Source of the DNA: the human T2T-CHM13v2.0 reference genome, Homo sapiens | Direction of reading: 5' to 3' | DNA: 64,000 nucleotides | Assembly: GCA_009914755.4 (NCBI GenBank) | Contig: CP086569.2 | Coordinates: 23,680,001 to 23,744,000, forward strand | In this document: positions 17,249-37,644 of the stretch, one piece after another | Position numbering within the stretch: the first letter of the stretch is position 1 | How the letters are laid out: each line of letters begins with the position of its first letter | Position numbers and translations under genes: made by a program | Notes under the pieces: model-generated | What the model was told of the DNA's origin: nothing | Seen by the model: the letters and a program-made list of their open reading frames with translations, nothing else | Databases searched by the model: none

Positions 17249-19189
17249 CAGAATCAAATGTAAAAAAAATGGCCTAGTAATTTTGTCTAAGACACAATAT
17301 AGAGTTGGGAGATTAAAATCATATTTTGCTAATCTAAAGGGAAAGGGTTTCGGGAATTTTAGGTTTTGATACCTGTGGTGCACAGTATTGACATGTATTA
17401 GCCATTCCAGGTTTGATTAAATAGACATGCCCTCTACCTCACTCAGTAGATGTTTAAAGGTAGAAATGCAATTTAAAAATTTTACAAGATTTTAACTTAG
17501 TTTTTATAGTATGTCCAACTCTATAATTTGTTTCAATTGTGAGAGTCAACTGTGCAGCAGTGGTACAATTTTGTTCACTTCATATGCAGAATTCATGTCA
17601 TACTATAGACATTTTTATTTTCATCTGAGTCTACTGGCTAATTTCAAGAAGAATATTTATTTCTAATTATGTAGCTTCTATTATATAGCTAGTATTATCT
17701 TGTTTACTTCATGTATATGCCAAAAGGACCTCATGACTTAATAAATGTTCAACTATTAATTTGAATAAATTGGCCTAATAAGTTTAATAAACTCAATTAT
17801 ATCAAGTTCATAATGTAAAATGAACAATAAATAAAAATTGGATTAAATAGCATTCTCAAATTGAAATAAAATAAAAAATGTACTAAATAAATAGCATACA
17901 ATAATACACACACCATGAAATTACATGTAAAAATTATTTTGTGAAGATCATTAAATTTTATCAAAGTCACATTCATCATCTCTGAGAAAATTATACAAGG
18001 AATGCTTTATGAAATTAGACTAAAATAAATGTATATATTATGTCTATAGTGAGCAACAAGCAAACAGACAAAAAAAGGAGAATGTGCACAAGATGTTTCT
18101 AAGACAAGAGCAATAACATTTTTGGTAAACGGGATTAATACAAGGCAGAGAAAATAGATTTGCTTTCAAAATCTTTGAAGTTTCCGGTTTGCTGGTAAGT
18201 TATCAAGACATGTAAAATTATGTGTTTTATTCTAATATTTTTCTTTGCTTCTCAAAGTAGGTACACAATCACAAACAAATATGAGTATTCTCTATAGAGC
18301 TGTTACATACAAAGTTTATTTTACAGTGATTTGTCTGTATATTTACATCCATTTAAATAAAAAATAAAGGTATGAATATGTTTAGCAGACCAGAGAAGTC
18401 ATCAGTTAAAAAAAAGAAGTAGGATAAAATTTTGCAAATAGTTGTTCAGAATTCAGAATTAAAGCATATAGGTCTATTATATTCCAAATCTTCATAACAA
18501 CCATCACAATAATCTGTAGTTACAAGAAAAACAAAAATATAAATTGTAGGAACCATATTCTTCAAATTATTTTAAGTTAAAGACCACTGACAAAGGAATC
18601 ATGAGAGATATTATTTCAGTGTAATTCTATAGAATATAGTTACCATCTGTTACCTACAACCATGGGTAAAATGGGATAAGTAACATCAGTGGCAAGATAA
18701 AAATTCAATGTAAAGTAGCATTATTACATTCACAAATATTTTCTTCAATTAAAAAAATTAAGTTTACACATTGCCATTAAAAAGGCATTTTGAAATTCAC
18801 TGTATTTTAATTATCTTAATCTGCAAATGGTAAAGCAATTTCCTTCTAAAATCCAAATTGTTTCTCTTACTATGCAGAATATTATTCTGGTTACTTTTCA
18901 CACTCCTATCATCCTGTCACTTATGATACTGCACTTATGATACCCAACCACTAAGTAGACTTTCCACTTAGAATTTCTTCATGTATCTTAGATTTCAGTT
19001 TTCTTAATCTTCCATATGAAAGTATATAAATCTGTCAATCTAATATAGAAGAACCTCTCTTAAATCTAGTGCAGGGACCATTGACCATGCTCTTTCACAT
19101 AAATTCTAGAAATGAACACACAGCTTCAAATATAAGACTTAAATTCCATCAATAGTTGCTTTTGAAAAAATATTAAATTTTTATTTGTT

Positions 19190-19492
19190 TGTTATGAGAG
19201 AAAGTTTCACCCTGTTGCCATGCTGGACTGCAGTGTGTGATCTTGGCTCACTGCAACCTCCACTTCCTGCATTCAAGCAATCCTCCTGCCTTAGACTCCT
19301 GAGTACCTGGAACTACAGGTGTGCACCACCATGCTCAAAAGTTTTTTTTGTTTTGTTTTGTTTTTGTTTGTTTTTTGTAGATATGGGGTTTCACCATGTT
19401 GGCCAGAATGGTTTTGATTTCTTGACCTCATGATCTATCCACCTTGACCTCCCCAAATCCTGGGATTACACACATGAGCCTCTGTGCCCAGC
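19190..19492 (-). mobile_element. Alu SINE, antisense, with internal (TTTTG)n in the middle A-rich linker
   Basis: gagagaaagtttcaccctgttgccatgctggactgcagtgtgtgatcttggctcactgcaacctcc ... gggtttcaccatgttggccagaatggttttgatttcttgacctcatgatctatccaccttgacctccccaaatcctgggattacacacatgagcc. Confidence 0.88.
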
Positions 19493-19529
19493 TTAAATTA
19501 TTTTCATATAAAAAAGTAGGTTTCTTTTA

Positions 19530-22140
19530 GAGGAAAGAGACCAACATTGCAGATTAGGAGCAGCTAGACCCTGTAGTTCTCACAGAGAAAAATGCAAGGC
19601 GTGCATAAATACAGCACCTTCAAATGAAATATCCAGGTATTTGCCTTCAGAATAATCAAATAAACAACTTGTGGAGAGTAGAGCAAGGCCGAACAATGGG
19701 CCACCCAGAAAAGACATAGAGCCAAGAGAACCTCCCCATCCAGTAAAGCAGTAAGTGCATGTGTGACCCTGGGAACCTACAATTCTCCCACACATCTTTT
19801 TAATCCTCAGATGGGGAGACTCCCTGAGGAACCTACTTTACCAAGGCCTTTAGTCTAACACATAGAGCTACTTGGAGTCTCAGCATAGCAACTGCACTGG
19901 CGTGTTGCAGAGCCACAGATACTCTGGCTTTCCAGGATTCCCAGAAAAAGTAGCTGCAACGCCAGCAAAGCAGGAGGTTATACCCATATACATACCTATA
20001 GGAAATAGGCAGAATCCAGGGACCTGAGCAGTGACAGTCTGTAGGACCCACTTCCACAGTGCCTCATAGAGTAAGATCTACTGGCTTAGAATTCCAGCCA
20101 ATCATTGGCAGCAGCGCTGTATCTCTCTGAATTGGAGCTACCAGAAACAGGAGTGGACCTCCATCTTTGCTGTTTCAACAACATAGCCATCCCAGCCTTC
20201 AGGCTTTGAAAAGCCTAAGCTGACTGGGGCAGCAAGGATCTATAGCACCGTACAGGTGCTCTAAAATGACACCACCAGTCTGCCTGGTAAAGCACGTCCC
20301 CAAACTCTTCCTCCTCACTGAAAAGAACTTCCCAAACAGGGTGTCCAGCTACCACCACCAGTGTTATTTGATTTGTGGAATTTTGAAACCTCTTCGGGGT
20401 ATAGTTCCTAGAGTGAAGAGTGAGCTGCCACTTTTGCTGTTTTTGTGACTTAGCTGTTCCAGCTTTCTGGCTTTGGAGAATCCAAATAAACAAGGGATGA
20501 AAGTGATACCTCTGCACAGCAGAGCTCTCCTACAAAAATGTGGCTAGACTGCTATCTTAAGTGGGTCCCGAATTATGTTTTCCTCACTGGGTAAGACATT
20601 TGAAGAGGGGTTCCAGCTATCTCCTTCAGGTGCTTTTGGGCTGGAAACAGGTCTATACCTGCCTGGGATGGAGCTTCCAGAGAATGGGGCATACTGCCTT
20701 TGTTGCTGTTTTTCAGCATTCAGTGGGACAGCTTCAGATTCTGTAAAACCTGAGGTGACCAGAAACTGCAGTGGACACAAAACATACTGCAGCAGCCCTT
20801 TAGAAAAGTGGCCATACTGTTACATGAGCACCTGTTCTCACACATTCTCACTGTGCAGACTCTCCAGGTCTCGGCCATTAGCCAATCATTGGCAGGGATA
20901 TTGAGCCTGCAGCAACCTAGCAACTTCCTGGACACAGCCTCTAGGAGTAACTGAAAATATTTCTGCCACTATCTCTGTGTTAGAACTGTCCTTGCTATGC
21001 TTCTCAGACTAATGAAAAATTCAAAACCCAGGTACCTTATTTACACCTCAAACAAGCTGCATTTTACCCAAAGAGTGAGGGCCAGTCCACCCTCCATGGG
21101 TTCCACAAGCTACCTATTGCTCCTCACAAGACAGTAAACACCAAACTTGGCCAAAAGCAGAGATCCTCCATCCTGGGCTGTCTGTAGTAAGGGATTGCTG
21201 ACCTACATCTCTCTGAGATGCAGCCCCTAGAAGCCAAGCAAAGAAGGGGCAGCAAGCCACCTCATGTGGTGTCAAGAGTGTTGGTGCAAGAGCATCTGTA
21301 GTAATATGTTGCCAGTGATGGCCACTTCTCTAGGTTCAACTTTCTCCCATAAGAGGCTTTAGCCCTAGAAAAATTGTTGGACCTAATTTTTGCAGGATGG
21401 TCTTGCAAATCAGAAGAAATTGTTCCAATTGAATACCCCTTGGTCTCCTGGCCTCTTATAGGGACCTATTCTGGCCACAGGTTCTTACAGGGCAGTCTCA
21501 GTTACCCTGGGATCCCATACCATAGCATCGGTACTGGTGGGCCATGCCTGATCCCTGAAGAGCTTCAGCAATACAGCCCCTATGACTCCACCAGTCCACA
21601 TGTTTCTTCCCCATACTGCAGCTTCCCACGAGACCAAAGTAAGCTTATATCCAACCAAAGGGAGCTTCAGAAGTGAAAAAAATTAATATGATCCTATTCA
21701 CATAAGCAAACGCTGAAGAAATCTGTTACCCAAGACCTGTCTTACAAGGGCTTCTGAAGAAAACACTAAATAAAAAAAAACCCTGTAATTAGTCACTTCA
21801 AAAACACACCAAAGTAAATAAACTGCTGACACTCTAAAGCGACCACAAAACAAATGTGCAAAATAGCCAGCTAAAATCGTGGTGGCAGAATCAAATCAAC
21901 ACATATGAATACTAACCATAACTGTAAATGGGCTAAATGCCCCAATTAAAAAACAGTGTGGCAAGTTGAGTAAAGAATCAAGATCTAATGGTATTCTGTA
22001 ATCTAGACACTCATCTCAATTAAGCTAAATATAAAGAAAAAAGAGAAATCTACCAAATAGATGGAAAACAGAAAAAAGGAGGTGATGCAATCCTAGTTTC
22101 TAGCAAAGCAAACTTAAAATCCACGTAGTTTTTTTTTAAG
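19530..22140 (+). mobile_element. Older L1 (L1PB/L1MA-like) 5' portion: long 5'UTR-like region, ORF1 C-terminus and the first ~70 codons of ORF2. Ends abruptly at ~22140
   Basis: 21700-22140 reads as the ORF1 end, inter-ORF spacer and ORF2 start of a diverged L1: the ...kqtlkksvtqdlsykgf / taaatgggctaaatgccccaattaaaaaac (VNGLNAPIK) / QDLMVFCNLDTHL / KIYQIDGKQKKGGDAILVSSKANLKST series parallels L1 ORF2p residues 1-70. The upstream 2 kb has the repetitive block structure of old L1 5'UTRs (for example ccagccaatcattggcag occurs twice). The 5' boundary is approximate. Confidence 0.6.
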
Positions 22141-22189
22141 AGAAAGAAGGCATTCCATAATAGTAAAATGCAATAGACAAACCCAACCC

Positions 22190-23230
<1,041 letters not shown>

Positions 23231-24015
23231 TTTTTCTCTGGGTAGTTGATAAACATTGAAGAAAGAAATTATAACTGCTTTTCTTTCTGTCCCTTGTAGT
23301 AATTCACACTTTGCTAGTCTTTTTTAAATGTAAATGGTTAAGGTCACAGGTTCCATATTTTCTCAGAATCACTTTTTGAAATGAATGTTTTATAATATGT
23401 TCCCACCATATGTCTGCAGTAATATGAAAAGAGCCAGCTGAAAAACAAAAACAAAAGGAACAACAAAATTTCTCCCACATTAGGCTCATGTGAATACATT
23501 TTACAAATATTAGTTACACAAAGCACATTAACAAGGTGACAATAAAATACCACAGGCTGTAATTCCTTTATAGACATGTAAACTTAACACAATTATAATG
23601 AACAAAATTCCTGTGTGAGAAGACTAAGAATCAGTTAAGAATTTATAGCACTTCAAGGGAGCAAAATGTCAAGAACTACATAGAAGTGTAATAAAAGTGT
23701 TTTATATTTACCCACCGCAGCCATTCTTCATCCTATGATGACTTCAAATATAGACTCCCAACTCATGTCTTCCCCCTTCAAAAATAAATAAAATAGTGGC
23801 ACCTGTGTTCAGGCTTCTTGTTTTGTGAGACCTTACTAAAGACTAATTTCTATATTATATGACAGTGTTTAAAGGAAAAGTGGTATTCTTTGACAGTTTG
23901 GGGCTGGTGAGACCAAAGGTAAATGACTGTTACAAAAAAAGACTTCAGTGTCATAGACAGAAAATGGGTATAGCAATTGACTGTAGTCAGAATCTCAATA
24001 GGAAACATAGGGAAT

Positions 24016-24296
24016 GTCCATGAGTGGTGGCCCACACCTGTAATCCCAGCACTTTGGGAGTCTGAGGCAGGCTGTTCACCTGTGGTCAAAAGTTCAACAC
24101 CAGCCGGGTCAACATGGTGAAACCCCATCTCTACTAAAAATACAACAATTACACAGGCATGGTGGCGGGCACCTCTAATCTCAGCTACTCTGGTGACTGA
24201 GCCAGGAGAATCACTGGAAAGTAGGAGTTGATTCTTGCAGTGAGCCAAGACCATGCCATCACATTGCAGCATGGACAACAAGAGTAAAATGTTCAC
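24016..24296 (+). mobile_element. Alu SINE, sense
   Basis: ggtggcccacacctgtaatcccagcactttgggagtctgaggcaggc ... catgccatcacattgcagcatggacaacaagagtaaaatgttcactcaaaa. Confidence 0.88.
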
Positions 24297-24352
24297 TCAA
24301 AATAAAATAAAATAAAATAAATATAAAATAAAATAAAATATAATAAATAATT
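24297..24352. repeat. (AAAAT)n-type simple repeat grown from the Alu A tail
   Basis: aataaaataaaataaaataaatataaaataaaataaaatataataaataa. Confidence 0.85.
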
Positions 24353-25899
24353 GGAAATATTTTTTAATGAAAAAACACAAGCCCAGATAAAACTTGTATA
24401 GAACAGAAGTGAGAGACGTCAAGAATCTCTAGCCCAAAAGTTGGTTCATATTTCCCAAGAAAAAATCACTTAATAAGCATTTTCACATGTGGTGATTTAT
24501 TATACAAATTGCAACATAAGACTACAACATATACAAAACATTAAGATAATATGTCTCACTCAAAGATAAAAATAAATATTCAGAAATCAATGATACAAAA
24601 CAGAGATGTAAAACTTACCTAAGAAAATTTCAATTAAAGTCTGCATTTATTTTTGAAAGAAAAAATAAATTGACCTGAGAAATTAACTTACCATCTGAAT
24701 GATGCTTAATGAGTTAAATGGAAATAAATAAAACAAAATGAAATAACAAAAATGAAATTAAGAAAACGATAAAAAGCACAAAAAAGTGTAGAAGTACAAA
24801 AAAGTCTCATACGCACTTCAATATTATTTAAAAATATGAGAAAATCAAGAAGCTCAGTAAATTTCAACTAACACAAATAAATTTCTAACAAGACCCCAAA
24901 TAAGCAATGTTTTGAAAGTCACACACAAAAAGAGAATCTGGAATGCAGGAAGAAAAAAGAGTTATGTTATTTATATGCATGCTTCTGTAAGATTACCAGT
25001 AAGTTTATGAACATAAACCTTTCAGGAAAAAAGGAGTAGGATAACATACTTAAAACACCGAAAAAAAAATTATGTTAGAAAATCCTATTCCTCAGAGCCA
25101 AAAAATAGAACTAATACTCAGACAAGGAATCTTCTCAGCAAGGCAATTTTACTTTCTGCAGAAAGGGTGCTGCTCATCAGCAATCCTACCCTGAGAGCAC
25201 AATGAAAAAGAAAGGCAGGAATATTTACCCGTATGCATTGAGTCCTTACTTCTGTGTCCTATCTCCATTAGTTGGAACTAGGCATCACAGTCTAAGCTAA
25301 ACCTGATTGGCTAACAACCTGAAACTTCCCTAAATAGGTAAAGGCAATGGAGAACAAAGAAAAAGGGAAAGTTTTTGCAAAAATACTTAGAGAAGTAATA
25401 AGATTTCCAAATAAGAAAGGGGACATAAGCTGCAACCTGGGACATGCCTGAGCATGTACAGAAGAAATGTTCTGGTGAAAGTACAAGGCCATAGAATGTA
25501 CTTATTCCCTTATGTATAACAGCTACATAGAGTAGGGCTTAACAAAGAGTTATTAGCACAAAACAAGAAGGCTTTGAAGAAATTTTATCTTTAAAAGAAA
25601 ATCTTATTTCTAACATTTAGTATTTTTCTTTAAAAGAAGGGAAACTTGATGAGAAACATTTTACAAAGTCTAAGTGAGAATACAATATCCAGCAAAAGTA
25701 TCCTTCAACAGGAAAAAGAATAAAACTAACTATATTATGACCTGTATCAAGATGTATCGATGTCATGTCTTCAAGAGACTCACTTCAGACCTAATTTAAA
25801 AAAATAGACTGAAAATGGCAGGATAAAAAATACATGCCATGCAAGTGTTAACCAAATCATAAGAGAAAAGGCAACAATTTATTAAGTTGAAAACTGTCA

Positions 25900-26200
25900 T
25901 ATTTTATGAAGTTTGCTTTAAGTCAAAATTCACAAGAGACAAAGTAGGACATTCAATTATATTAAGAGAGTTCATTCACTGAAATTCCGTGAATATGTGA
26001 GAGTTTTCCCAAACACATAAAACAAACATTGACAGAATTGAAGCAAAAATAGATAGCAATACAATAATGGAAGGATACATTTGTATCCCACTTTCAGTAA
26101 TAAATAAAGACAGAATATCAACAAGGGAACAAAAAGTTTGAATACACTATACAATATATTTACCTAACAAATGTATACCGGTAAAAGAATACACTTTTTT
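25900..26200 (+). mobile_element. Ancient L1 (L1M-like) ORF2 endonuclease-region fragment
   Basis: Weak but recognisable collinearity with the L1 EN segment (…acactatacaatatatttacctaacaaatgtataccggtaaaagaatacactttttt ~ [15 protein letters not shown]). Very diverged and AT-rich. The boundaries are a guess. Confidence 0.3.
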
Positions 26201-26399
26201 TTTTTTTTTTGCAATAGCTCATAAAACATTTTCCTAGGTGGATTACCTGTGATGCCATGAAAGAAGTCTTAATAGTTTTTTTAATTGAAATTTAGCAGAC
26301 AATTTTTTATAGCACAAATGAAATGAAACTAGAAATCAGTAATGGGAGAAAAGCTGAAAAAATATATGAAAATTAACTGTTAACATAGTTTTACTTTTT

Positions 26400-26692
26400 T
26401 TCTTTCCTTTTTTTTTAGATACAGCCTCACTCTGTCACTAGGAGGAAATACAGTGGCACAATCTCGGCTCACTGTAACCTTAACTTCCACGTACAAGCAA
26501 TTCCCCTGACTCAGCTTCTCCAGTAGCTGGCATTACAGGCATGCCCAACCACACTTAGCTAATTTTGTGCATTTTAGTAGAGATGGGATTTCATCATGTT
26601 GGCCAAAATGGTCTTGATCTCCTGATCTGGCTATGTACCCTCCTCAGCCTTCCAAAGTGCTGGGATTACAGGTATGAGTCACCATGCCTGGC
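26400..26692 (-). mobile_element. Alu SINE, antisense
   Basis: Poly-T, then agatacagcctcactctgtcactaggaggaaatacagtggcacaatctcggctcactgtaacc ... cctcagccttccaaagtgctgggattacaggtatgagtcaccatgcctggcc. Confidence 0.9.
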
Positions 26693-26709
26693 CAGTAACA
26701 CACTTTTGA

Positions 26710-27110
<401 letters not shown>

Positions 27111-27214
27111 CCAATTTTCAATTTTAAATTAAACTTTCCCAAAAATAGAAATTACAAAACCCACAAATTACATGAAAATCCTGGCAATCTTTAAAAACAA
27201 GAAAAATATTAGAA

Positions 27215-27343
27215 GCATTTTTCCAAGTTTTTAACTTCTTTCCCATTGGTTTGAATTTCCTCCTGTAGCTCAGAGTAGTTTGATCATCTGAAGTCTTCTC
27301 TCAACTCGTCAAAGTCATTCTTGGTCCAGTTTGTTCCATTGCT
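27215..27343 (-). mobile_element. Inverted 5' piece of the next L1 (5'UTR end and ORF1 N-terminus in antisense). Twin-priming-type inversion
   Basis: agtttgatcatctgaagtcttctctcaactcgtcaaagtcattcttggtccagtttgttccattgctgg is the reverse complement of the L1 ORF1 start region (ccagcaa[tc]ggaacaaa...gatggagaatgactttgacgag[ct]tgagagaag...). The same antisense sequence appears in the minus-strand L1 at 56650-56740. Confidence 0.75.
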
Positions 27344-32160
<4,817 letters not shown>

Positions 32161-32642
32161 TGGAAGCATTACACTTAACAATTTCCAAATACAAAATAAA
32201 CCTAAAGTAATCAAAGCACTTTGGTACCAGTATAAAAGTAGAAAAAGAAATTAATGAAGCTGAATGCAGCACAGAAATAAACTTTTGAATAGAGAGGAGA
32301 GACATACCACCTAGATTTTTCATTCAACTATATGTCATAATTCCTTTGGTAAGCAGGACCCACGCAGGAGAGGAGAGTTACACCATTTAGATGCTAATTT
32401 CTGTGATATTTCAAATTTTTTCTGGATGCAGAGAACAATCTGGAGAGACACATAACCTAGCTGATAGGCCAAGAGATATGTGATATTATACCCTCTTGAT
32501 AGAGCTCAAGCAGAAAAATCACATTATTTTGATTCTAACCCAGTGATAAGTAGCAATGCACCCATGGAAAGAAATTTGAGCCAAAAAGTCTCAACACCTG
32601 GGTACTAGACCCAGGGATACGACACAATCTCATCATCTTTGA

Positions 32643-35600
32643 GGGTGACAACTTTAACTTTTAGCTAAACTTGTATATTAGAGTGACAATCTCACATGTT
32701 TGCTGGGACAATGCATGACCCTCTGCAACATCCAAGTGATTTATAAAACCTGCATAAGAGTTGCAAAGCTGTGTGAGGCCTATGTGGTGGTATGGGCTCA
32801 CAATCTTACATATTAACCTAAACCCAGGTTTGATAGTCAAGATCTCTCCTTTAGGCAGGGTTAAGGAAGAAGACCCATTATTATTCCTGTGGGCTGGGTC
32901 TAGAAATGAGTGACCATCCCACTTGTGGCCAGGACCACATATAAATGTCACAATTCCAACTTTGTGCTGCATTCCCTTATTAGACTCATGATCTCGACAG
33001 TGGCATTGTAAATGTGGGATGGTGATAACTTTTAATTTCACCTGGGTATGTAACATAGAGTCCCAATCTGAAGGTTTGGCTGGGCCCTGTTATGAAATTT
33101 TATATCAACAAAGAGTTTATATACTACAGGTTAGTGTTGGAAGCTTCTGTGAGGTTGTTACATATTTGCAACCGAGGACATTGTCTATTGCCCCAAGCCT
33201 AACAGTGAAAGGCAAAATATCTTCTATTGGCTGAATCCCAATATAAGTTTGAACATCATGTCTGTGAACTGAAGCAGGGTATATGTTATAATCCCATATG
33301 TGGACAAAAAGCTAGGCAGGAGGGTAACATCACTTAGATGTTGTGCCAAGCAATATTTCACAATGTCTTCTCTAGGCAGGGCATAGGGAATTTGGTCATA
33401 TTAACTGCATGCTGGACCCAGCAATATGACAACATCCCACATGTGGAAAAAACCCAGCCAAGTTATGAGAACCAAAACACCTGCATGAAGAGACCAAGAT
33501 ATGTCAAAATACGTTAGGTGGCTGCAGCACAGGAGGAAAGTCACATAACAATGGTCCTGGGCCGAGCAATATGCAATATTCCATAAGTTCCTCTATATGC
33601 AGAAGCAAGGCAGAAGAGTAACATCATCTGGGTGCCGGGCCCTGCTGTAGGCCAAAATTCCTGTTTTGCAGGAATGGCTTGGGAAAATGAGGAGAGTCAC
33701 ATAACCTGAGTGCTGGGCTCAGTAATGTGCCAAAATCCTCCTATTGTGAAGGTCCAGGCTGAAAAAGAGAGTCACATCATTTAGGTCATGGGCTCAGAGA
33801 TACGTCCCAATGTCCCCAGTAGTCAGGGCTTAGGCAAACAAGGAGAGTCATATCACCTATGTGCTTCCCTAGAAATATGTCACAGGGTAAAATATGGGCA
33901 GAACTTATGCAGAAGAGCCACAACCCCAGAGTGCTGGGTTCTGAGATATTTCACAAGGTTCTCTTAGGGCAGCACCCAGCAAAGATAGTTAGGTGCGGGT
34001 TCTCTGTTTATGCCACAATGCTCCGTGTGGCCTCCATGTACACAGGGCCCAAGGAGGGAGTCACTTCACCTAGATGATAGGCCCAGAGATATGTCACAAT
34101 GACCTCTATGAAGCATAGCCCTGGCAAAAGTGTACCATCACCTGTGTGTATGGCCTAAAATATATCATTGTCAAGGTTGGCAGGGCCCAAGCAGAAAAGC
34201 CACATAACCCAAAGATAGACCCAGAGACATGTCACAATATCCTTTTGTGGACATGTCTCAGACAAAAGAGTACCCTTCCCTGTGTCCGTGGCCTTGCAAT
34301 GTGTCACTATCTTTCCTTTGTTCAGGGCTCATTTTAGAGAAGAGAGTTACATAACTTATGAGATGGACACAGAAATATGTTACAATATGTTATTATTCAA
34401 GTGGGCGGATCCCGGGAGAGGAGCCATATCATCTCCATAATAGGCCTTTATGGTATGTCAAAATTCCCTCTTTTGGGCATGGCCCTGGAAAAAAACTCAT
34501 CACTTCTGTGCCTGGCCTAGGAATAAGTCACTATTCTGCCCTGTGTGCAGGGTCCATAAAAAAGAGGAGAGTATTGTCTTCTAAGTGATAGGCACAGAGA
34601 TATGTCACAAGAATATGACATCACCTGGGTGGGGATTCAGTGATGTCACAATCTTACTGAGAGCAGGGCCTCAGTACAATAGTGTGTACAATAGTCACAT
34701 TACTTCAAGTTTGACTCAGGTAGATATTAAAATTCCATATGTAGGCTGGAAACTGTCTGAAGAGTGAAATCACACAGGTGCTTGGCAAGATTTTATGCCA
34801 GAATAACGATGGAATTAAATTCTAGGGATGAGATGTAAAATAACACACGTGTCCTGTTTACCTGTAGGAGAGCTGCTTTCATCCATCTGTTATGATGATA
34901 GTCCTTACTGTCAACTGAGGGTGCATACAAGATTCACAATTTTCTCTGTGGGCTAGGACCTGTTATGACACTCTTTATACAAACCAAAGGTGGGATATCA
35001 TGTGTGGGTGTTGTCATGATCTGTGACCTTTTTACCAGAAGGTAAACCTGAACAACACTCATGTCCCAAAAATAGTTATTAGAGTCAAAATTTCTCCTAT
35101 TGTTTCCATTCACATATGAGAGTCATTATCATGCCTGTTAGCTGTGCCTAGGTATAGGTCACAATCCTCTCTCTGGTTATTAAACTGGCAGGACAAACAC
35201 CTCACCTAAATCCTGAGCCAGAAATATTTCAATATTTTCTTTAAAGGTAAGACCCTAACAGAAACTTCACAAAACTTGGGTGCTAGGCAAAGTTCTATGG
35301 CAAAATGGCCCTTGAGGAAAAAGTCCAGGCAGGAGAGGAGAGTCATATAACAAATGATTGACCCAATGATATGTCACAATGCCTCCTGTTGAAAGGCCCA
35401 GGCCAGAGAGTCATGTCATTTGGATGCCATGTTTAGAAATTCTACAGTCTTCACTGGATGCAGGGTTCAGGCAGGAGAGGAGAGTCACATAACCTGGATG
35501 ATGGGTACAGATATATGTTACAATCCCCTCTGAGGTCACTTTTAGACAGGGGAATCAAATCACCAAGGTTCTTGGCATAGGTTTACGTCAAAATGTAATC

Positions 35601-37644
35601 TGTGGGCTATAAGTAGGCATGGTTATTAAATCACATAGGAGCTGGACAATGGCATATGTCACAAAAACAACTGTGGAAAGGTTAAGAAATGAAAGTCACC
35701 ACCTTGCATGTGTCCTGGCTCCAGGTACAATTGTCATTATTAGGGTTTCGGTCTGGTCTCAGGTATATGGAACAGTATCACCTCTGGCAGGGAGAAGAAA
35801 GGAAAGTCACATCATTTGTGTGGGTGCTGGTCCAGTGAAATGTCACAATCCTACCTGTGGGCAGGACTGTGGGAGAAGAGTCTCTTCACCTGGATGCTGG
35901 TTTCAGTGATATATGCAAATCCCCCTTGTGGGCAAGGCTTAGGAAGAACAGTAGACAAACTTCACCTTGGTAATTGGCATGAATATGTGTCACAGTGGCC
36001 ACTATGTGAAGAACCAAGGCAGAAGTGTCACCTAATCTTGGTGCTGCATTCAGCAATATGTCACAATCTCTTTGGTGTTCAGGGCCCAGGCAAGAGAGAA
36101 GAAACATTACCCAGGTGCTGAGCCATGGGATATGTTAAAAAGCCCCCACAAAAAAGAGTCACATCACCTGGGTGCAGTGCCCAGTTATGTTTCACAATGC
36201 ATTGCGAGTTCAGGGCCAAGGTAGTAGAAGGAAGTTACATCACTTATGCAATGCACCTAGGCAGGCAGATCACGAGGTCAGGAAATCGAGGCCATCCTGG
36301 CTAACACAGTGAAACCCCATCTCCATTAAAATACAAAACAAAACAAAAAAATAGCCAGGTGTGGTTGTGGGCACCTGTAGTCCCAGCTACTTGGGAGGCT
36401 GAGGCAGGAGAATGACGTGAACCTGGGAGGCAGAGCTTTCAGTGAGCTGAGATCGCTCCACCGTGCTCCAGCCTGGGCAGCAGAGTGAGACTCCATCTCA
36501 AAAAAAAATAAGCAAAACATAAAAGAAAACAAAAAAGCCACAGTACTCTTCTTAGGCAGGGGTCAGGATAAGATCTCACATCAGCTGTGTGATGGTCGCA
36601 GTGACATGTAAAAGTGCCTTTGTCACATGGCCAAAGAAAGTGTCATCCATTGCATAAGTGTGTGCTGCATGTGTGTCACAATTTCAACCGTGCCCTGGAT
36701 GTAGAAAGTCAGAACACTCAGATATTGACAAAAGTCCACCCTTCTTATCAGTTGGGTCTAAGTACAAGAGTCATAATCTCAACAATGAGCAAGATCCATG
36801 TATAAGAGCCCCAGTCCCACTTGAAGATGGTGTTCCAGTAGGAGACTCACAGCACCACAGTTCACTGAATCATGGTTCAAAAGTCACCAAACAACCTGTG
36901 GATCAGATTCATGTATGGAAGTAACAATTTCAAGCTTCCATTGATTATATCTGTGAGATTTAGTACCTCATATGTAGATGCTGTTAATGTGTGAGAATAA
37001 CAATCATGTCAGCTGGGTGTGAATCCAAGAGTCACAGTAACACCTGGTTTCTGGGGACTGTTATCACACCCTTTGTACCACTCAGGCTTTATGTGATATG
37101 CCTAAATAACATACTTTCCTGTGAATTATTACAGGTGGGTGATCTTGGACTTTACCTTTGTTGATAAGACTGGCTATGAGAGTTGAAACACCTCCCATGG
37201 CTGTGTCTAGTTATAAGAGTTATTATTGGGCATATGAGCTGAATCCAGGTGTATGTCCCAATTTCACCTTTGGACAGAGACAAGACAGAAGAGTCTCATC
37301 ATCTGGGTTCTGATCCAGGGACTCAGTGGTACGTCACAATTTCTTCAGAGAGCAGGATCCAGACAGGAGAGGAGATTCACATTACCTAATGCAATATCAA
37401 GAGCTATGTCCCAGTATTCCCAGTGGACAGGGAACTGGCAGGAGAGACACATGACCTAGCTGATAGAACTAAAGATATGTGACAATATCTGCTGTTTGGC
37501 AGGGTCCAAGCAGAAGAGTGACATTATTATAAATCTAACCCAGAGATATTTCACAATGCACCCATGGAAAAGAATGTAAGCCAAAAGTTCTCAACACCTA
37601 GAGGTACTAGGCCTAGTGATATGACACAATCTCTTCATGTGTTA
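32643..37644. repeat. Higher-order repeat copy 1 (5.0 kb; A-B-D-C landmark order)
   Basis: Landmarks at 32643 (A), 34900 (B), 36690 (D) and 37000 (C). Contains the Alu insertion at 36261-36537. Confidence 0.7.
36261..36537 (+). mobile_element. 5'-truncated Alu (starts ~40 nt into the left monomer) inserted in the satellite
   Basis: ggcaggcagatcacgaggtcaggaaatcgaggccatcctggctaacacagtgaaaccccatctc ... ccagcctgggcagcagagtgagactccatctcaaaaaaaaataagcaaaacataaaag. Confidence 0.88.

Noticed and set aside
23850-24296. 148-aa minus-strand ORF
   Set aside because: It is antisense read-through of the Alu at 24016-24296 plus flanking low-complexity sequence. Alu antisense frames are commonly open.
36230-36560. 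TSD for the Alu inside the satellite
   Set aside because: taggcagg occurs on both sides, but it is also part of the satellite monomer itself (…ctaggcagg…). It cannot be distinguished from background.
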